Origin: an uncultured Thermoleophilia bacterium
GTDB lineage: Bacteria > Actinomycetota > Thermoleophilia > UBA2241
Direction: 5' to 3'
NCBI GenBank assembly: GCA_963695395.1
Contig: CAVOGK010000024.1
Location: 53,430-117,429, forward strand
Length of the DNA stretch: 64,000 nucleotides
The notes under the pieces were generated by a model that did no database searches, was not told the DNA's origin, and was given only the letters and a program-made list of their open reading frames with translations. Below, one piece after another: positions 60,565 to 64,000 of the stretch; the first letter of the stretch is position 1, and every line of letters starts with the position of its first letter. The position numbers and the translations under genes were made by a program.

Positions 60565-61354
60565 GCGCGGCCTCCACGGCGCCGTGGACGAGCGCGGAGG
60601 CCGGCTGCGGCGCCGGTCGGGCGGTGCGTACATCGCTGAAGAGGATGAAGTACTCCACGTTGCCTTTCGGTCCGGGATGGCCCGAATCACACACGCCGGT
60701 CACCACCGAGCCCTTCTCCTGGAGCCACCCAGCCACCTTGTTCAGTACGTCGGTGTGGACGGTGTGGTCCCTGACCACGCCCCCTTTGCCGACGCGCTCG
60801 CGGCCGGCCTCGAACTGCGGTTTGACCAGCACGAGCCCGCGGAAGCCCTCGCGCAGGCATTCTAGCACCGGCTCGAGGGCCACCGTCAGGGAGATGAACG
60901 ACAGGTCGGCGGTGACGAACGACGGGGCGAACGGGAGACGTTCGGAGGTGAGCCGTCGCGCGTTGGTGCGCTCGAGAACGGTCACGCGCTGATCCTCGCG
61001 CAGCTTCCAGTCGAGCTGGCCGTAGCCCACGTCGACGGCGATCACTCGGGCGGCGCCTCCCTGCAGCAACCGATCGACGAAGCCACCGGTGGAGCTCCCC
61101 AGGTCGAGGACGTCTTCGCCGCTCACGTCCACGCCGAGCCGGGTGAGCGCCGTGTCGAGCTTGTCGCCGCCGCGCGAGACGTAACGGCGTCGCGCGGCGA
61201 CGTCGGTCACGACCGAATCGCCGACCTGGGTGCCCGGCTTGTCGACCATGCGCCCGTCGACGGAGACTTCTCCGGCGAGGACCGCCGCGCGCGCCTGCGC
61301 GCGGGATGCGAAGAGCCCGCGGGCGACGAGCAGCGCATCGAGCCGCTCGCGCAT
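60557..61354 (-). CDS. tlyA: TlyA-family rRNA (cytidine-2'-O)-methyltransferase
   Basis: An S4 domain (RLDALLVARGLFASRAQARAAVLAGEVSVDG), VSRGGDKL and LDLGSSTGGF. Confidence 0.9.
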   Translation of the reverse strand: MRERLDALLVARGLFASRAQARAAVLAGEVSVDGRMVDKPGTQVGDSVVTDVAARRRYVSRGGDKLDTALTRLGVDVSGEDVLDLGSSTGGFVDRLLQGGAARVIAVDVGYGQLDWKLREDQRVTVLERTNARRLTSERLPFAPSFVTADLSFISLTVALEPVLECLREGFRGLVLVKPQFEAGRERVGKGGVVRDHTVHTDVLNKVAGWLQEKGSVVTGVCDSGHPGPKGNVEYFILFSDVRTARPAPQPASALVHGAVEAAHG

Positions 61355-61363
61355 CCCGGCAGC

Positions 61364-63244
61364 CTACTTGACGCGCGTCAGCGCAGGGCTCTGCGCTCCG
61401 GCCGCGAGCGCGACCGCCTGCGGCGTGAGCCCGAGATCGGCGAGGACGCGGTCGCGGTCGCCGTGCGCCACGAAAGCGTCGGGGAGCCCGAAACGAACGA
61501 CCTCCACGGCGCCGCCGACCGCCTCGAGGACCGCGCTGCCGAAGCCGCCCGGGAGGACGTTCTCCTCCACGGTGACGATCCGGCTGTGGCGCGCCGCCAG
61601 CCGCGACAGCAGCTCGACGTCCAGCGGCTTGACGAAGCGTGCGTCCACGAGCGTGGGCGCGGCGCCCTGGGAGGCCAGGATGCCGGCCGCCTCGCGGGCG
61701 ATGCCGACGCCTGTGCCGATGCCGACGAGGGCGACGTCATGGCCCTCCTGGAGGACGACCCCGCGGCCGACCTCGACCAACTCGAACGCCTCTGGTCGCG
61801 TGAACGGCGCCGCCATGCCGCGCGGGTAGCGCAGCGCCGCCGGGCCGTCACACGCGAGCGCCGTCGCGAGCATGCGCTGGAGCTCCTCCTGGCTGGAGGG
61901 AGCCATCACCGTCATGCCGGGGATCACGCGCAGGAACGAGAGGTCGAAGGCGCCGTGGTGCGTCGGTCCGTCGTCGCCGACGAGGCCGGCCCTGTCCACG
62001 GCGAACACCACCGGCAACTGCTGCAGGCCGATGTCCTGGACCAGCATGTCGAAAGCGCGTTGCAGGAAGGTCGAGTAGATCGCGACGACCGGCCTCATAC
62101 CGCCGATGGCGAGTCCGGCGGCGAAGACGGCCGCGTGCTCCTCGGCGATGCCGACGTCGTAGAACCGGTCCGGGAAGCGCCGCTCGAACGCCTCGAGGCC
62201 GGTACCCTGCGTCATGGCCGCAGTGATGGCCACGATGCGATCGTCGCGCTCGGCGAGCTGCACCAGCGCCTGGCCGAACGCTTCCGTGTAGGTGGTGCCG
62301 GCGGCGACCCCAGCCTTGCGCGCCCCGTTGCCGATGTGGAACGGCCCGGTACCGTGGAACGTGTCTGGCCGGGCCTCCGCAGGCTCGTAGCCCTTGCCCT
62401 TCACCGTCTTCACGTGCACGACGACGGGGCGCCTCGTGTCGATGGCCTGCCGGATGCTCTCGCGCACGGCGTGCATGTCGTGGCCGTCGACCACGCCGAT
62501 GTAGGCGAAGCCCAGCTCCTCGAAGAGCATCCCGGGCACGAGCAGGGCTTTCATCGACTCCTTGACGTCCTTGCCCAGCCGGTACGCCTGCCGGCCGATG
62601 GCGGGGATCTTGGCGACGCCGTGCTCGATGTCCTCACGGAGCCGGGTCAGCGTGGGATCGAGGCGGATCCGGTTGAGGTAGAGCTGAAGGGCGCCGACGT
62701 TGGCGCGGATGGACATCTGGTTGTCGTTGATCACCACGACGAGCGGCGTGCGCAGGTGCCCGGCCTGGTTGAGCGCCTCGAAGGCGACGCCGCCCGTAAG
62801 GGCCCCGTCGCCGAGCACGCACACCACGTTGCCGCCGCCGCCGCGGGCGAGACGCTCCGCCTCGACGAGGCCGAGCCCGTACCCGATCGACGTCGACGCG
62901 TGACCGGTGCCGATGACGTCGTGCGGCGATTCGGCGCGGTTGGGAAAGCCGGAGAGACCGCCGTACTGGCGGATGGTGCCGAAGCAGTCGCGCCGTCCCG
63001 TGAGCAGCTTGTGCGCGTAGCACTGGTGGCCGACGTCCCAGACGATCTTGTCCTTGGGGCTCTGCAGGACGCTGTGCAGAGCCACCGTGAGCTCGACGGT
63101 GCCGAGGCTGGCCGCGAGGTGGCCGCCCGTCTCGCTGACGCACGAGAGGATAGCCTCGCGGATCTCATCGGCGAGCAGCGTCAGCTCTGGCTCTGAGAAT
63201 CGTTGGAGGTCGGAGGGGTCGGAGATCGTGTCCAGATACCGCAT
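61364..63244 (-). CDS. dxs: 1-deoxy-D-xylulose-5-phosphate synthase
   Basis: ATG 63244 (MRYLDTISDPSDL) lies inside ORF 61364..63964. GGHLAASLGTVELTVALH, GDGALTGGVAFEALN, AIAEEHAA-type GIAEEHAAVFAAGLA. Confidence 0.95.
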   Translation of the reverse strand: MRYLDTISDPSDLQRFSEPELTLLADEIREAILSCVSETGGHLAASLGTVELTVALHSVLQSPKDKIVWDVGHQCYAHKLLTGRRDCFGTIRQYGGLSGFPNRAESPHDVIGTGHASTSIGYGLGLVEAERLARGGGGNVVCVLGDGALTGGVAFEALNQAGHLRTPLVVVINDNQMSIRANVGALQLYLNRIRLDPTLTRLREDIEHGVAKIPAIGRQAYRLGKDVKESMKALLVPGMLFEELGFAYIGVVDGHDMHAVRESIRQAIDTRRPVVVHVKTVKGKGYEPAEARPDTFHGTGPFHIGNGARKAGVAAGTTYTEAFGQALVQLAERDDRIVAITAAMTQGTGLEAFERRFPDRFYDVGIAEEHAAVFAAGLAIGGMRPVVAIYSTFLQRAFDMLVQDIGLQQLPVVFAVDRAGLVGDDGPTHHGAFDLSFLRVIPGMTVMAPSSQEELQRMLATALACDGPAALRYPRGMAAPFTRPEAFELVEVGRGVVLQEGHDVALVGIGTGVGIAREAAGILASQGAAPTLVDARFVKPLDVELLSRLAARHSRIVTVEENVLPGGFGSAVLEAVGGAVEVVRFGLPDAFVAHGDRDRVLADLGLTPQAVALAAGAQSPALTRVK

Positions 63245-63262
63245 CGTCTCCGGAGTATAGCA

Positions 63263-63278
63263 CCGGCCTTTCGGCCGG
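63263..63278 (-). terminator. Short hairpin CCGGCC-GAAA-GGCCGG in the polyprenyl synthase-dxs spacer, followed by a TATACT hexamer
   Basis: 6-bp stem with a 4-nt loop. TATACT is at 63259-63254, and GGAG lies 5 nt before the dxs ATG. Confidence 0.25.
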
Positions 63279-63290
63279 ACCGTCGCCGCG

Positions 63291-64000
63291 TCAGCGGCGA
63301 CGGTCGCGGATGAAGCTGGTGACCAAAGCGAGGTCGGAGGCGTCTCCCGGCAGCGCGCCGAGCAGGTCAGAGCACGCTCCTCGGACTCGTCGGCGAGCGC
63401 CGCCGCACGCTCCATGCCGAAGCGCGAGACGTAGGTGACCTTGTCCATAGCGCGGTCCTTGCCAACGCTCTTGCCGAGCTCGTGGACGGCGCCCGTCTCG
63501 TCGAGGATGTCGTCCACGATCTGGAACAGCAGCCCCAGCTCGCCGGCATAGGCGCGGTACGGCGTCACGTCGTCCGCACCGCTGAGCAGCGCCCCGCAGA
63601 CGACGGCGGCCTCAATGAGACGGCCGGTCTTGAGCGTGTGCAGCGTGTGCAGGTCGTCGTCGGCGGCGGCGTTCCCGGCCACGTCCATGTACTGGCCGCC
63701 GACCATGCCCTGCACGCCCGTCGCGGCGGCGATCTCCGTGAGCGCCGCCAGCACGGTCCTGGGCTCGCCGGGCTGCCGGACGAGCACGAGGTTGAAGGCC
63801 TCGGCGAAGAGACCGTCGCCGGCCAGGATGGCCACGTCCTCGCCGTAGGCGACGTGGCAGGTCGGCCGGCCGCGGCGCAGCGTGTCGTCGTCGATCGCCG
63901 GGAGGTCGTCGTGGATGAGCGAGTACGTGTGGATGAGTTCGAGGGCCGCCGCCGTGGGCAGCACGACGGCGGGGTCGGCGCCGCGGCCGCGGGCGGTCGC
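63291..64000 (-). CDS. ispA: Polyprenyl (farnesyl/geranylgeranyl) diphosphate synthase; the 5' end lies outside the window, and a 1-nt frameshift sits about 75 nt before the native stop
   Basis: LIHTYSLIHDDLPAIDDDTLRRGRPT (first DDxxD) and LLFQIVDDILD (second). After ...ESEERALT the listed ORF reads CSARCRET..., while the -1 frame reads LLGALPGDASDLALVTSFIRDRRR-stop (TGA at 63293-63291), which is a typical C-terminus. Confidence 0.8.

Overview
This is a very GC-rich bacterial chromosome segment. Gene order looks actinobacterial: tlyA-nadK-recN-pyrG-xerD, a FliA/WhiG-type sigma next to xerC-dprA, and rpsB-tsf-pyrH-frr-uppS-cdsA...dxr-rseP...ispG. It also carries a Firmicutes-like string, rpmF-plsX-acpP-rnc-smc-ftsY-ffh-rpsP-KH-rimM-trmD-rplS-lepB-rnhB. 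I infer a deep-branching actinobacterium from this synteny, but the taxon is not proven. From about 17.2 kb to the right edge, every gene I recognise is on the minus strand, and these are tightly packed, often overlapping housekeeping operons. The left 17 kb is a mixed-strand accessory island that looks like envelope-glycan or amide-ligase chemistry. It holds a Wzm/Wzt-type ABC exporter pair, a beta-helix lipoprotein plus an upstream fragment of a paralog, two methyltransferase-type genes, an orphan LarA-like racemase/epimerase, a PLP aminotransferase, three asparagine-synthase-like PP-loop paralogs that lack the N-terminal Cys nucleophile, a hexapeptide acyltransferase and a UDP-glucuronate-4-epimerase-like SDR. 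Two signals cut across the window. (1) A family of 50-80 nt intergenic units sits exactly at operon junctions, co-oriented with the flanking genes. Their mini-ORFs overlap the upstream stop (GAC TGA TG) and often the downstream start. There are five clear copies, one of them a tandem pair, plus one degenerate copy, and the behaviour resembles mycobacterial MIRUs. (2) Single-base frameshifts are heavily concentrated in the exporter pair and the third AsnB-like paralog. Isolated ones occur in the rpsB repeat tail and at the 3' end of the polyprenyl synthase, where the shift fuses that ORF in frame to dxs. I saw no rRNA, tRNA, CRISPR array, IS element or prophage gene. Gene starts were chosen by hand from motifs, RBS and overlap logic, and are less certain than stops.
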